Shown here: positions 18,138-26,544 of the stretch, piece by piece
How positions within the stretch are numbered: position 1 is the stretch's first letter
Layout of the letters: the number at the start of each line of letters is the position of its first letter
Source: Candidatus Vogelbacteria bacterium
Lineage (GTDB): Bacteria > Patescibacteriota > Minisyncoccia > Phycocordibacterales > XYD1-FULL-46-19
Assembly: GCA_021414225.1 (NCBI GenBank)
Contig: JAIOOX010000002.1
Location: forward strand, 97,118 to 161,117
Length of the DNA: 64,000 nt
Direction: 5' to 3'
Position numbers and translations under genes: made by a program
Notes under the pieces: model-generated
The model's input: only the letters and a program-made list of their open reading frames with translations
Database searches by the model: none
What the model was told of the DNA's origin: nothing

Positions 18138-19346
18138 ATGTTGAGACCACGCATTCAGACTGGAGCAAACCTGTTCCAGTTGATCAAGGCCATCTGCCGT
18201 GAGGCGGAAGAAGAGGGGAAGCAGCTTTTTCGGCTGTCCATCGGACAACCGACGGGGCCGGCTTTCCTCTCGGCCAGAGTCAAAGCGGCCGAACTCATCA
18301 TGAGCGACGAGGAGAAGTGGCATGAGTACCAGGACAACGGCTGTGTGATTCCGAATTTCGCTCAGCGTTTCGTGCAAGCTCATGTGCCGACAACTCGTTT
18401 CGACCAGTTCGGCGAACGGCTGGCCTATCTCCCGATTCCCGGCATCAAGTCGATGCTGGAGATTGTGATCATGGCTTGTCTTCATGGTTTGCCGCCAATG
18501 GAGAAGCCGCTCCGGGTGTACACCACAACCAAACCGGGGTATCCCACTCCGGCGGATCAGTGCCGTTATCTGGAGGACAACGGGGCGCAAGTGCGTCATC
18601 AAGCGCTGGAGACTAATCCCGGAAATCAGTTCCGTTTCGATCCGGAAGATCTCAACGTGATCGGGTCAAGTTTGGTCATGACCAATTACCCGAGCAATCC
18701 GACCGGGCAAGTCGCTTCGCGGGAGTATTGGAAAGCCCTCTGCGCCTACTGCGAACTTTATGGCTTGCGACTGTTCAACGACGCCGCCTACGCGGCGCTG
18801 CCTCACACCAATGAGCACTGTACCCTGGCGGCGGTGGCGGTGGATTACCCGAACCTGTCCTGGATCGAAGCCTACTCCGGTTCCAAGATAGGCAACTTCA
18901 CTGGTTGGCGAGTCGGCGCAATGGTCGGTTCGGCCGATTTCATTGCCGACGTGGCCAATGTGAAAGGCAACAGTGACAGTGGCTTCAACGCAGCGTTGGC
19001 TGGTGGAATTCTGCACGTTCTGGAACATGATCGGGAGTCGCTGGATGCGACGCGACGGCTGTACACCGGACGGACAGAACTCCTCACCAACGTCCTTCAG
19101 GAGTATGGTTTGGAGTTGGCTGTCCAACCTCAAGCCGGGTTCTTCACTCTGTGGCAGTGTCCGAAACGCGCCTTCGGTCAGGTGATTGAAAACTCCGAGG
19201 AGTTCAATCGTCTGATGATCATGAAAACGGGTATTGTTGGTGTTCACTTCAATCCGTACATGCGCTACGCGGTGTGCGGCGATGTGGAAGCGATGATCGG
19301 CCCGATCACTGAGGGCTTCAAGGAAGCCAACGTCAGCTACAAGTAA
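18138..19346 (+). CDS. dapL: class I/II PLP aminotransferase, LL-diaminopimelate aminotransferase-like
   Basis: Block-by-block similarity to the DapL family: LSIGQPTGP, KPGYPTPAD, TNYPSNPTGQVA, SGSKIGNFTGWRVGAMVGS (PLP-Lys), NVKGNSDSGFNAALA, QAGFFTLWQCP. A GTGAGGAA RBS sits 27 nt after the lysA-like stop and the high GC continues. Confidence 0.7.
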   Translation: MLRPRIQTGANLFQLIKAICREAEEEGKQLFRLSIGQPTGPAFLSARVKAAELIMSDEEKWHEYQDNGCVIPNFAQRFVQAHVPTTRFDQFGERLAYLPIPGIKSMLEIVIMACLHGLPPMEKPLRVYTTTKPGYPTPADQCRYLEDNGAQVRHQALETNPGNQFRFDPEDLNVIGSSLVMTNYPSNPTGQVASREYWKALCAYCELYGLRLFNDAAYAALPHTNEHCTLAAVAVDYPNLSWIEAYSGSKIGNFTGWRVGAMVGSADFIADVANVKGNSDSGFNAALAGGILHVLEHDRESLDATRRLYTGRTELLTNVLQEYGLELAVQPQAGFFTLWQCPKRAFGQVIENSEEFNRLMIMKTGIVGVHFNPYMRYAVCGDVEAMIGPITEGFKEANVSYK

Positions 19347-19368
19347 TACTCCTTTTGGTTCCAAAAAC

Positions 19369-19408
19369 GGTCTGCGAGTCCTTTCAGGATTCGCAGACCT
19401 TTCTTTTT
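19369..19408 (+). terminator. rho-independent terminator (13-bp stem)
   Basis: GGTCTGCGAGTCC-tttca-GGATTCGCAGACC followed by TTTCTTTTT, immediately after the dapL-like stop at the right edge of the high-GC island. Confidence 0.8.
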
Positions 19409-19494
19409 ATATAAAATATTTATTCAAAATTAGGATAGTTAAATAATATTATTAGTTTGCCCCAAAAACCCCTGTGCGGTAAAGTGTAAACACA

Positions 19495-19566
19495 TGGAAA
19501 CTAAACTATTAATATTTGATCTCGATGGAGTAATCTTTGATTCAATCAAAGTGGTTGAGGATTAAT
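19495..19566 (+). pseudogene. remnant of a HAD-IA hydrolase N-terminus (23 codons)
   Basis: Encodes METKLLIFDLDGVIFDSIKVVED-stop, the canonical HAD motif-I N-terminus, with nothing downstream. It is flanked by 9-bp direct repeats of GTAAACACA at ~19481 and ~19639. Confidence 0.5.
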
Positions 19567-19678
19567 TACAAAGGGGGTTAAAATTTTCTAACTAAGTTTT
19601 GTGGGGGTAAATTTATCGCCCTTGCCACGTGTTAGTAAACACAGTAAAGTAGAATCATTAATATTTTACTAGATTTTT

Positions 19679-20080
19679 ATGTTGAATGAATTTAAAACCT
19701 TTCTCTTAAGAGGAAATGTAGTTGATCTGGCTGTCGGTGTCGTGATTGGTGCTGCTTTTGGAACAATTGTCACGGCTTTGGTGTCTGATCTTCTGACTCC
19801 ACTGATTGCCGCTATTGCTAAAGTGCCAGATTTTAGTGGTCTTTATTTTACCTTAAACGGTAGTCAGTTTATGTATGGTCATTTTATTAATACCCTCATT
19901 TCATTTTTGTTGGTAGCTGGCTCAGTCTTCTTCTTTGTGGTGAAGCCGATGAATGTGCTTATTGCTAAGTCTCGTAAAGAACCATCAGTTGATCCAACAA
20001 CCAAGAAATGCAAAGAGTGTTTAAGTGAAATTCCACTTGAAGCTAAGCGTTGTTCGCATTGTGCTCAGGCGGTAGTTTAA
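19679..20080 (+). CDS. mscL: large-conductance mechanosensitive channel MscL with C-terminal CxxC...CxxC extension
   Basis: MLNEFKTFLLRGNVVDLAVGVVIGAAFGTIV is the hallmark MscL N-terminus/TM1. The C-terminal tail CKECLSEIPLEAKRCSHC forms a zinc-ribbon-like addition. Confidence 0.85.
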   Translation: MLNEFKTFLLRGNVVDLAVGVVIGAAFGTIVTALVSDLLTPLIAAIAKVPDFSGLYFTLNGSQFMYGHFINTLISFLLVAGSVFFFVVKPMNVLIAKSRKEPSVDPTTKKCKECLSEIPLEAKRCSHCAQAVV

Positions 20081-20111
20081 ATTTTTAGTAGGATTTTAAA
20101 TAACTATTCTA

Positions 20112-20573
20112 ATGCGCTCCACCCCAAAACTAATTTTTGAAACTGATAATTTCCAAGTGATTACTCTGGGTAACCCACACTTGAGTCGAACTGATGGTGG
20201 TCATTTGATTATCGATCCTAAAGTGCCAGTCGAAGATCGAACCAAACTAAGTCTAGAGTTAGCTAAAGAATTGATAATGCTAACCATGGTGGCGGGTGAG
20301 GCTATGAAAATTGGTTTAGCAAAAAATGGTATAGACCTAGGCCGAATTAACTACCAAGACAATGGTAACTGGAGGCACGAGTTGCATATTCATCTGTACG
20401 GTCGAGCCAAGGGAGCGACTAATCAACAATATGGCTGGGCTTTAAGATTTCCTCTGACCGCTGAGGCTTTCGAACAAGAGGTGGGCCAACTAGAGCCACT
20501 AACTGATCAAGATATTGTCGATATTCAGACGGAAATTAAAAGGCTGTTGCAGACAGAGAAGTATTTACATTAA
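20112..20573 (+). CDS. HIT-family (histidine triad)-like protein
   Basis: FETDNF...GGHLIIDPK...HELHIHLYGR matches the HIT fold pattern with a variant triad. Confidence 0.5.
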   Translation: MRSTPKLIFETDNFQVITLGNPHLSRTDGGHLIIDPKVPVEDRTKLSLELAKELIMLTMVAGEAMKIGLAKNGIDLGRINYQDNGNWRHELHIHLYGRAKGATNQQYGWALRFPLTAEAFEQEVGQLEPLTDQDIVDIQTEIKRLLQTEKYLH

Positions 20574-20641
20574 ACAAGATTAGAGAGGTTGGCGCCTCAC
20601 TGATAGTCAAAAATTTTACAAATTAGTATAATGACATCAAT

Positions 20642-21097
20642 ATGAAAGAAACAATGCATTTTGAGATAGTAATAAACACACCCGTACAAAAGGTATGGAA
20701 TACGATGTTAGAGTTAGAAACGTACAAAGAGTGGACTAGTGTTTTTGAGCCAACTTCTTACTACGAAGGTTCTTGGGACAAGGGAAGTAAAATAAAATTT
20801 TTGGGATCCGGTGGATCGGGGATGGTATCAGAAATAGCTGAAAATGTTCCGTATGAATTTGTTTCCATTAAACATCTAGGAGAAATGAAAAATGGGGTAG
20901 AAGACACCACTAGTGAAGCTGTGAAGAAGTGGCTTCCAGCTTTTGAGAACTATACTTTCACTGACAAAGGCGTAGAAACTTTACTGGCCATAGATATGGA
21001 GATGGAATCAAGTCCGGAATCTCAAGCGATGAAAGAAATGTTTGAAGGAATGTGGCCCAAAGCCCTTTTAAAGCTAAAGGAAATATGCGAACGATAA
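20642..21097 (+). CDS. SRPBCC/AHSA1-like domain protein
   Basis: 151-aa ORF. The N-terminus VINTPVQKVWNTMLELETYKEWT is typical of activator-of-Hsp90-ATPase/polyketide-cyclase-like SRPBCC proteins. Confidence 0.5.
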   Translation: MKETMHFEIVINTPVQKVWNTMLELETYKEWTSVFEPTSYYEGSWDKGSKIKFLGSGGSGMVSEIAENVPYEFVSIKHLGEMKNGVEDTTSEAVKKWLPAFENYTFTDKGVETLLAIDMEMESSPESQAMKEMFEGMWPKALLKLKEICER

Positions 21098-21495
21098 AAA
21101 ATGAACTATCGATTGAGATTCAAAAATATAACCAAAACTTATCTAAAAAAGATAAAGACGTGTGTGATGTACTAGCGGCAGAGATAACCCTAAATCTTCC
21201 AAACGCAGAAAATAAAATCTGGCACGCTAATCCCGTTTGGTTTTTAGACGGCAATCCAATTGTTGGCTATGATAGGTTGAAAGATTGTGTCCGGCTTCTT
21301 TTCTGGAGTGGACAATCTTTTGATGAGGAGGATTTACTTAAATCAGGTAGCTTTAAGGCGGCTGAAATTAGATACACAGATGTGGTGCAAATCAATAAGA
21401 AGAACCTAAAACGCTGGTTGAAAAAGGCTAAAGAGATACAGTGGGATTATAAAAATATAGTCAAAAGGAAAGGGGTGCTAAAAAAGATTACATAG
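21085..21495 (+). CDS. hypothetical protein
   Basis: The ORF track starts at 21052, inside the previous gene. The ATG at 21085 (MRTIKNEL...) gives a minimal overlap. No family assignment is possible. Confidence 0.4.
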   Translation: MRTIKNELSIEIQKYNQNLSKKDKDVCDVLAAEITLNLPNAENKIWHANPVWFLDGNPIVGYDRLKDCVRLLFWSGQSFDEEDLLKSGSFKAAEIRYTDVVQINKKNLKRWLKKAKEIQWDYKNIVKRKGVLKKIT

Positions 21496-21576
21496 AAATT
21501 TCTTTATACTCGTCAGGTGGGAGTTGTCTTTTTAAGTGCTATAATCTAATTAATTAGTAGTTTTAATAAAAATATT

Positions 21577-21996
21577 ATGTTTCCATTCAGTTTACTTAGT
21601 GTTTTAGTAGCAGCTATCGTGGCTTTTGTGATCGGTTTTCTATTACACGGTCCGATCGGAGGGAAATTGTGGATGAAACTCGCCGATATTCATCCGACAG
21701 GGAAGGAAAAGTTTGCCGATATGATTCCGCAAATGTTATGGAACCTTTTGGCTAACTTTGTGACTGCTTTTGTGATGGCGGGTATTATTTGGGCTGTGTC
21801 TACATCACCGGTCATGGGTCAGATGACAGCGTCTCGAGGTGCTATTTTTGGTATTTGGCTAGCGGTTGGTTTCTTGGCTACTTCATCGTCAATGGATGTT
21901 ATTTGGATGGGTAAAAATTATAAATTATGGCTGTATGAGGTTGGCTGCTCAATATTAATGATGGCGGCTATGGGTGCGATTTTGGCAGCTTGGTAA
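21577..21996 (+). CDS. DUF1761-like small membrane protein (paralog of 27181..27591)
   Basis: The N-terminus [23 protein letters not shown] mirrors VIGFVWYGPLFGKLWLKV in the ORF at 27181, so the two are a paralogous pair. Confidence 0.55.
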   Translation: MFPFSLLSVLVAAIVAFVIGFLLHGPIGGKLWMKLADIHPTGKEKFADMIPQMLWNLLANFVTAFVMAGIIWAVSTSPVMGQMTASRGAIFGIWLAVGFLATSSSMDVIWMGKNYKLWLYEVGCSILMMAAMGAILAAW

Positions 21997-22268
21997 AAAT
22001 AAAGCTAATTAATAAATATTTTGTGACCCATTTTGTTTACATTTTAGAATGTGCAGATGGGTCACTTTATGTTGGCTGTACTAACAATCTCGAAAAAAGA
22101 TTACATCAACATAATAACTCTAAATCAGGGGCTCATTACACGAAGGTGCGTCGGCCGGTGGTGTTAAGATACCAAGAAGAGTTGGCTACTTTGGCTGAAG
22201 GTCGAAAACGAGAGGCGGAAATAAAGAGTTGGAAAAGGGAAAAGAAATTGGGTTTGTTTTGTGACTGA
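21990..22268 (+). CDS. GIY-YIG nuclease-family protein (UPF0213-like)
   Basis: [28 protein letters not shown]...EAEIKSW is the GIY-YIG/YhbQ-like signature. Confidence 0.7.
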   Translation: MVKIKLINKYFVTHFVYILECADGSLYVGCTNNLEKRLHQHNNSKSGAHYTKVRRPVVLRYQEELATLAEGRKREAEIKSWKREKKLGLFCD

Positions 22269-22299
22269 TGAATTCATAAAATATCCAGGCATTTACTTT

Positions 22300-22560
22300 T
22301 TAATAATATGATGTATTATATTGGACTGGTTCACATCGCCGGGCTGGGTAAGGCCACAGTCCGGTACAGACTTCAACCCTCGGTCTAGAACGAGGCGATT
22401 GACGAGAAGATTAGCCCGAGCCAGTACGGTCAAAAGCTAGTCCAATCGGTGTGAATTCTGGTCAGGTTGTCTGCCTGTGTCAGATGCAACGAATCCGTTT
22501 TACGGGTCTCGCCATAGTCTATGGGCGCCTCGACGATGTCGAGGCGCCCGTTTCTTTTTT
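22300..22560 (+). ncRNA. candidate structured non-coding RNA (~230-260 nt), class unassigned
   Basis: A GC-rich non-coding block in a ~40% GC region with no plausible ORF. It has a promoter-like TAATAT just upstream. TTGGACTGG near the start (within 22310-22325) could pair with CTAGTCCAA ~120 nt downstream. There are internal hairpins (e.g. CCTCG-GTCTAGAA-CGAGG). It ends in a perfect 12-bp stem plus a T-tract at 22523-22560. Confidence 0.4.
22523..22560 (+). terminator. rho-independent terminator
   Basis: GGGCGCCTCGAC-gatg-GTCGAGGCGCCC followed by TTTCTTTTTT. Confidence 0.8.
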
Positions 22561-22585
22561 CCGTGATATTATTTTTACTTAGATT

Positions 22586-23149
22586 ATGGAATATATCATT
22601 AAGAAAAACCGACTAGCCAAAAATTTACGAATCACTGTTCGATCTGATGGTTCGGTGTTGGTGACAGTGCCTTGGCGAGTGCCTCTTAGGCTGGCCGAAA
22701 AGTTTGTCGCTGATAAGCAGGATTGGATTAAACGTCAGGTGGAGATCAGTCATAATCGTCTGGCTGAGGCTGAAAAACTTGGTTTGCCCAAGAGGCTAAC
22801 TCCAACAGAAAAGAAAAAACACTATCTTAGTCACAAAGAACAGGTCCGGAAAAATATTGTTAAACGAGTGGCAGAGTTAAATGAAAATTATGGTTTTAAA
22901 TATGGTGCCATTTCGATTCGTAATCAGAGCACTCGCTGGGGTAGTTGTTCGAAGAAGGGGAATTTAAATTTTAATTATAAAGTGGGTTTATTGCCTCAAT
23001 CTTTATCTGATTACGTTATCGTTCACGAATTGTGTCATTTAAAAGAATTTAATCATTCATCTCGGTTTTGGCTTTTGGTTGCCGAAACAATACCCGATTA
23101 TTTAGTACTCAGACGAGAATTGCAAAGAAAGGGTCTTGTGTTGTCCTAA
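22586..23149 (+). CDS. YgjP-like metal-dependent hydrolase (DUF45/M48-like, HExxH)
   Basis: C-terminal zinc-binding motif VIVHELCHLKEFNHSSRFW, typical of the YgjP/UTP pyrophosphatase family. Confidence 0.7.
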   Translation: MEYIIKKNRLAKNLRITVRSDGSVLVTVPWRVPLRLAEKFVADKQDWIKRQVEISHNRLAEAEKLGLPKRLTPTEKKKHYLSHKEQVRKNIVKRVAELNENYGFKYGAISIRNQSTRWGSCSKKGNLNFNYKVGLLPQSLSDYVIVHELCHLKEFNHSSRFWLLVAETIPDYLVLRRELQRKGLVLS

Positions 23150-23193
23150 AAAAGGAATAAAATCAAGACTAATTATTAAATTGCAAAATATAT

Positions 23194-23718
23194 ATGTCAT
23201 CACAAGTAAAGATAGTAGCTTTGGTTTTGGTGGGTCTGGTGGTAGTAGGTGGTGGTTACTTTATTTTTAAATCAAATCAGACGGTTGGTTTGGTTAATGA
23301 GTCAGAAACTATCACTAAGGCGGGTGATAGTAAGAAAATTCCTTTTTCGGAATTTATTAAAATCGGCGGTTCTTACAAATGTACTATCAACCAATCGATT
23401 GGAGGAGTCGATACCCAAGGCTTAACTTATCTGAACAACAAAATGATCAGAGGAGAATATAATACCAAAGTCCAAGGGGTGAGTATTGATACCACCTTGA
23501 TTGTGCGTGATGGTTTTACTTACACCTGGACGTCTATGGCCCCAACTATGGGTTTCAAAGCTAAGGTGGCAGATCAAAAAGTAGTCGATAATCAAACAGG
23601 AACGTCTGGAACCTACTCATTTAACGCTGAGCAGATTGGAGATTATGATTGCCAGACTTGGAATTCAGATGATTCTAAATTTGTTTTACCAACTGGGGTA
23701 ACTTTCCGCGAGGTTTAA
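23194..23718 (+). CDS. hypothetical secreted/membrane-anchored protein
   Basis: N-terminal signal anchor VALVLVGLVVVGGGYFIF and a Thr/Gly-rich body. Confidence 0.45.
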   Translation: MSSQVKIVALVLVGLVVVGGGYFIFKSNQTVGLVNESETITKAGDSKKIPFSEFIKIGGSYKCTINQSIGGVDTQGLTYLNNKMIRGEYNTKVQGVSIDTTLIVRDGFTYTWTSMAPTMGFKAKVADQKVVDNQTGTSGTYSFNAEQIGDYDCQTWNSDDSKFVLPTGVTFREV

Positions 23719-23720
23719 TT

Positions 23721-24116
23721 ATGAATATTATTATTTACTTAGTCACCTTGGTGACGTTGGCTGTGTTTGATGGTATTTGGTTATCACTGATGGTCTCTAA
23801 CTATAAAGGTTGGCTTGGCCACTTGTTTGCGTCGACAGTTAGTTTTACGCCGGTTGTTATTTTCTACTTGATTTATACCTTAGGAGTTTCTTTGTTTGTT
23901 GTTTCTCCTGGTTTGAAACAGGGTTCTAGTTTGGTCTGGATTTTTGTCATGGGGGCTTTATTTGGTCTCGTGGCTTACGCTACTTATGATTTGACGAACC
24001 AGGCTACTTTGAAAGATTGGCCCCTAGTCGTCACTTTAGTTGATTTGGCGTGGGGATCATTTTTTACAGGAGCCGCCAGTGTGGTGGTGGTCTCTATCAT
24101 CAACTACTTCAAATAA
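23721..24116 (+). CDS. hypothetical membrane protein (DUF2177-like)
   Basis: 131 aa with 4 predicted TM helices. Confidence 0.45.
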   Translation: MNIIIYLVTLVTLAVFDGIWLSLMVSNYKGWLGHLFASTVSFTPVVIFYLIYTLGVSLFVVSPGLKQGSSLVWIFVMGALFGLVAYATYDLTNQATLKDWPLVVTLVDLAWGSFFTGAASVVVVSIINYFK

Positions 24117-24186
24117 ATTAGGTATTATTGTCTTAGTCGTATATACTCCGTCCAGTCGCCTTAGCAGACTTAATGAAAATATTGTT

Positions 24187-24303
24187 ATGTCAGATGAAAC
24201 AACAACTACAACTACTACAGTTACCCCAGCTGAAGTAGAGACCGAAGTAGAGACAACTGTGGGTGAACCAGAAGTAGAAGTAGAAACAGAGACAAAAGAA
24301 TAA
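24187..24303 (+). CDS. small acidic Thr/Glu-rich peptide (38 aa)
   Basis: MSDETTTTTTTVTPAEVETEVETTVGEPEVEVETETKE. The ORF-track ORF at 24040 is an overlapping out-of-frame extension. A CACCC...GGGTG hairpin plus T-run follows. Confidence 0.3.
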   Translation: MSDETTTTTTTVTPAEVETEVETTVGEPEVEVETETKE

Positions 24304-24446
24304 GTTTTGTCTAAGTAAAAGCACCCTTGGAGTAATCTGGGGGTGTTTTTCGGTTAAATTTGCTTATTGGCCAGAAAAAGCGTACACTTTACAATATAAT
24401 AATAACAACTTGTCTAGGCAGGTAAGTAACTAATACAAATAACTAT

Positions 24447-25004
24447 ATGGGAAACTATCAAGGAGGAGGAAATAGAGGTGGCGGTTTCAGAGGCGGTAAC
24501 GGTGGTGGCCGACCAAGCTTTCCTAAAAAGAGTTGGGGTAATGACCGAGACGGTGATCGACCAATGCATAAAGCCACTTGTGCTGAATGTGGCAAGATTT
24601 GTGAAGTGCCTTTCCGTCCAACTGGCGACAAACCAGTTTACTGTAGCGACTGTTTTAGTAGTAAAAAGGGTTTAGACGATCGCGGACCACGACGTGATTT
24701 TGGCGACCGAGCCCCTCGTCGAGATTTCAATGATCGATCAGCGTCTGCTCGACCAGATTTTTCTCGTCCTTCAGCTCCAGGTGGTGATGAAATGAAAAAA
24801 CAACTAAGTGAAATTAGTCTAAAATTAGATCGTTTGGTTAATGCGGTTGAGCGATTGACTGAAAATAAAAAAGAGGTAGTTGCACCAAAAGTATCTTCAG
24901 AATCAAAAAAGGAAGTTAAAAAAACAGCCAACCTAAAAGCGGTAATTAAAAAAGCGGTGAGTACTAAGGCGCCGGCTAAAAAGTCAGTCAGTAAAAAGAA
25001 ATAG
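24447..25004 (+). CDS. RGG-box / zinc-ribbon / Lys-Ala-rich-tail protein (putative nucleic-acid binding)
   Basis: N-terminal GGGNRGGGFRGGNGGGR, a CxxC-x17-CxxC ribbon (CAECGKICEVPFRPTGDKPVYCSDCF), RRDF/DR repeats, a helical segment, and a histone-H1-like KKAVSTKAPAKKSVSKKK tail. Confidence 0.6.
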   Translation: MGNYQGGGNRGGGFRGGNGGGRPSFPKKSWGNDRDGDRPMHKATCAECGKICEVPFRPTGDKPVYCSDCFSSKKGLDDRGPRRDFGDRAPRRDFNDRSASARPDFSRPSAPGGDEMKKQLSEISLKLDRLVNAVERLTENKKEVVAPKVSSESKKEVKKTANLKAVIKKAVSTKAPAKKSVSKKK

Positions 25005-25024
25005 CTTAATTAAGGATAACTATT

Positions 25025-26497
25025 ATGGCACACGGTGAAGTGGTTATCCGCTTTGAAAAAGTTTCATTTGATTATGGTCACAACAAACCCATCCTAGATG
25101 AGGTGGATTTTGCTATTAGACGAGGAATGAAAGTGACGATCATGGGTCAAAATGGAGCAGGGAAAAGTACCCTCTTTTCTTTGATTACGGGAGCCAATGA
25201 GCCAGCAGAAGGTAGTGTTCACTTAGCTCCTCGAACCACGATCGCTTTGTCTCGACAGGTGATTCCACGGGAAGAGATGGACTTAACAGTCAGGGAATTT
25301 TTCCAGAAATGTTTTAAAGATAAAGTTTATGATATTGATCCACGAATCGATGAGGTTTTGGAAGTGGTCAACCTCAAGGGTCACGAACAGGTTCATGATC
25401 GGATCATTAAATCATTTTCTGGTGGTCAACAGGCTCGACTGGTTTTAGCTTCGGCTTTGATTCAAGAACCAGATATTTTATTACTAGACGAGCCAACCAA
25501 CAACTTAGATAAAGCGGGTATCACTCACTTAACAGATTTCTTGATTAACTATCAAAAAACGGTCGTGGTTATTTCTCACGATGCCACTTTCTTGAACGCT
25601 TTTACTGATGCGGTTTTGTATCTAGATGTTTATACTAGAAAAATTGAACAATATGTTGGAGACTACTCCGATGTGAGAAACCAGATTGAAGCTCGAATGG
25701 AAAGAGAAAACCGTAAAAACGCTTTACTGGCCAAAGAGATTCAGGCTAAGAAGGATCAGGCTAATGCTTTTGCGATGAAGGGGGGTAATTTACGTATGGT
25801 GGCTAAACGGATGAGAACTTTGGCGGAGAACTTAGAAGAGGAAAAAGTTGATGTGCGCAAAGAAGACAAAACTATTCGCCCGTTTGTGATCCCAGCTCAG
25901 CCGGATATTTTGGGAGATTTGATTACATTATCATCAGTGTCTGTTTTGAAAAATGGTAAGCCTAAAAAACTAACTGTTAATCTTAAGTTGCGTAAAAATA
26001 AACATTTATTATTGGCTGGTCCTAATGGTATTGGAAAGAGTACTTTGCTAGAGGCTTTGGCTTCCGGTAAAGCTGAAGGGGCGACTTTGTTGGCTGATGT
26101 GCGGGTTGGTTATTATCGTCAAGATTTTTCAACCTTAAATTTTAATGAGACTGTTTATAAATCTTTAGCGGATGCGTCGTTTAAACTAACCGGCCGACTA
26201 GATGAAGAAAAAATCCGCTCAATCGCTTCTGGTTTTCTTATTACTAGTGATGTGATCAATACAAAAATTGGTAATCTGTCAGAAGGTCAAAAAGGTTTGG
26301 TGGCTTTTGCTCGCTTGGTGATCGAACAACCAGGGATTTTGATTTTGGACGAGCCAACCAACCACATTAACTTCCGTCATTTACCAGTCATTGCCAAAGC
26401 CTTAGATCAGTATCAAGGGGCGATGATCTTGGTATCTCACGTGCCAGAATTCGTAGAGCAGATTAGAATAGATGAGACTTTGGATTTGGCTAAATAG
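25025..26497 (+). CDS. ABC-F family ATPase (tandem ABC domains, EttA-like)
   Basis: Two Walker A motifs (GQNGAGKST, GPNGIGKST), two ABC signatures (FSGGQQARL, LSEGQKGLVAF) and an inter-domain charged linker. There is no TMD. Confidence 0.8.
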   Translation: MAHGEVVIRFEKVSFDYGHNKPILDEVDFAIRRGMKVTIMGQNGAGKSTLFSLITGANEPAEGSVHLAPRTTIALSRQVIPREEMDLTVREFFQKCFKDKVYDIDPRIDEVLEVVNLKGHEQVHDRIIKSFSGGQQARLVLASALIQEPDILLLDEPTNNLDKAGITHLTDFLINYQKTVVVISHDATFLNAFTDAVLYLDVYTRKIEQYVGDYSDVRNQIEARMERENRKNALLAKEIQAKKDQANAFAMKGGNLRMVAKRMRTLAENLEEEKVDVRKEDKTIRPFVIPAQPDILGDLITLSSVSVLKNGKPKKLTVNLKLRKNKHLLLAGPNGIGKSTLLEALASGKAEGATLLADVRVGYYRQDFSTLNFNETVYKSLADASFKLTGRLDEEKIRSIASGFLITSDVINTKIGNLSEGQKGLVAFARLVIEQPGILILDEPTNHINFRHLPVIAKALDQYQGAMILVSHVPEFVEQIRIDETLDLAK

Positions 26498-26544
26498 CTC
26501 GGTTGAGCCATATTTTAGATTAAAAAATATGTTATAATAAGGTT

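Noticed and set aside
16666-19364. Many antisense or overlapping ORFs in the high-GC island (16826..17023, 16932..17129, 17078..17587, 17152..17508, 17590..17958, 17696..17935, 18108..18602, 18155..18337, 18666..19364, 18872..19090, 18973..19185)
   Set aside because: These are typical long spurious ORFs generated by high-GC DNA. The sense-strand lysA-like and dapL-like genes have RBSs and family motifs and fully account for the region.
22300-22560. Assignment of the candidate ncRNA as RNase P RNA, tmRNA or 4.5S SRP RNA
   Set aside because: No GGAAAGUCCGG (P4) or ACAGAACCCGGCUUA blocks, no tRNA-like 3' end, and no AGGUCCGGAAGGAAGCAGCC domain-IV motif were found. It is kept only as an unclassified candidate.
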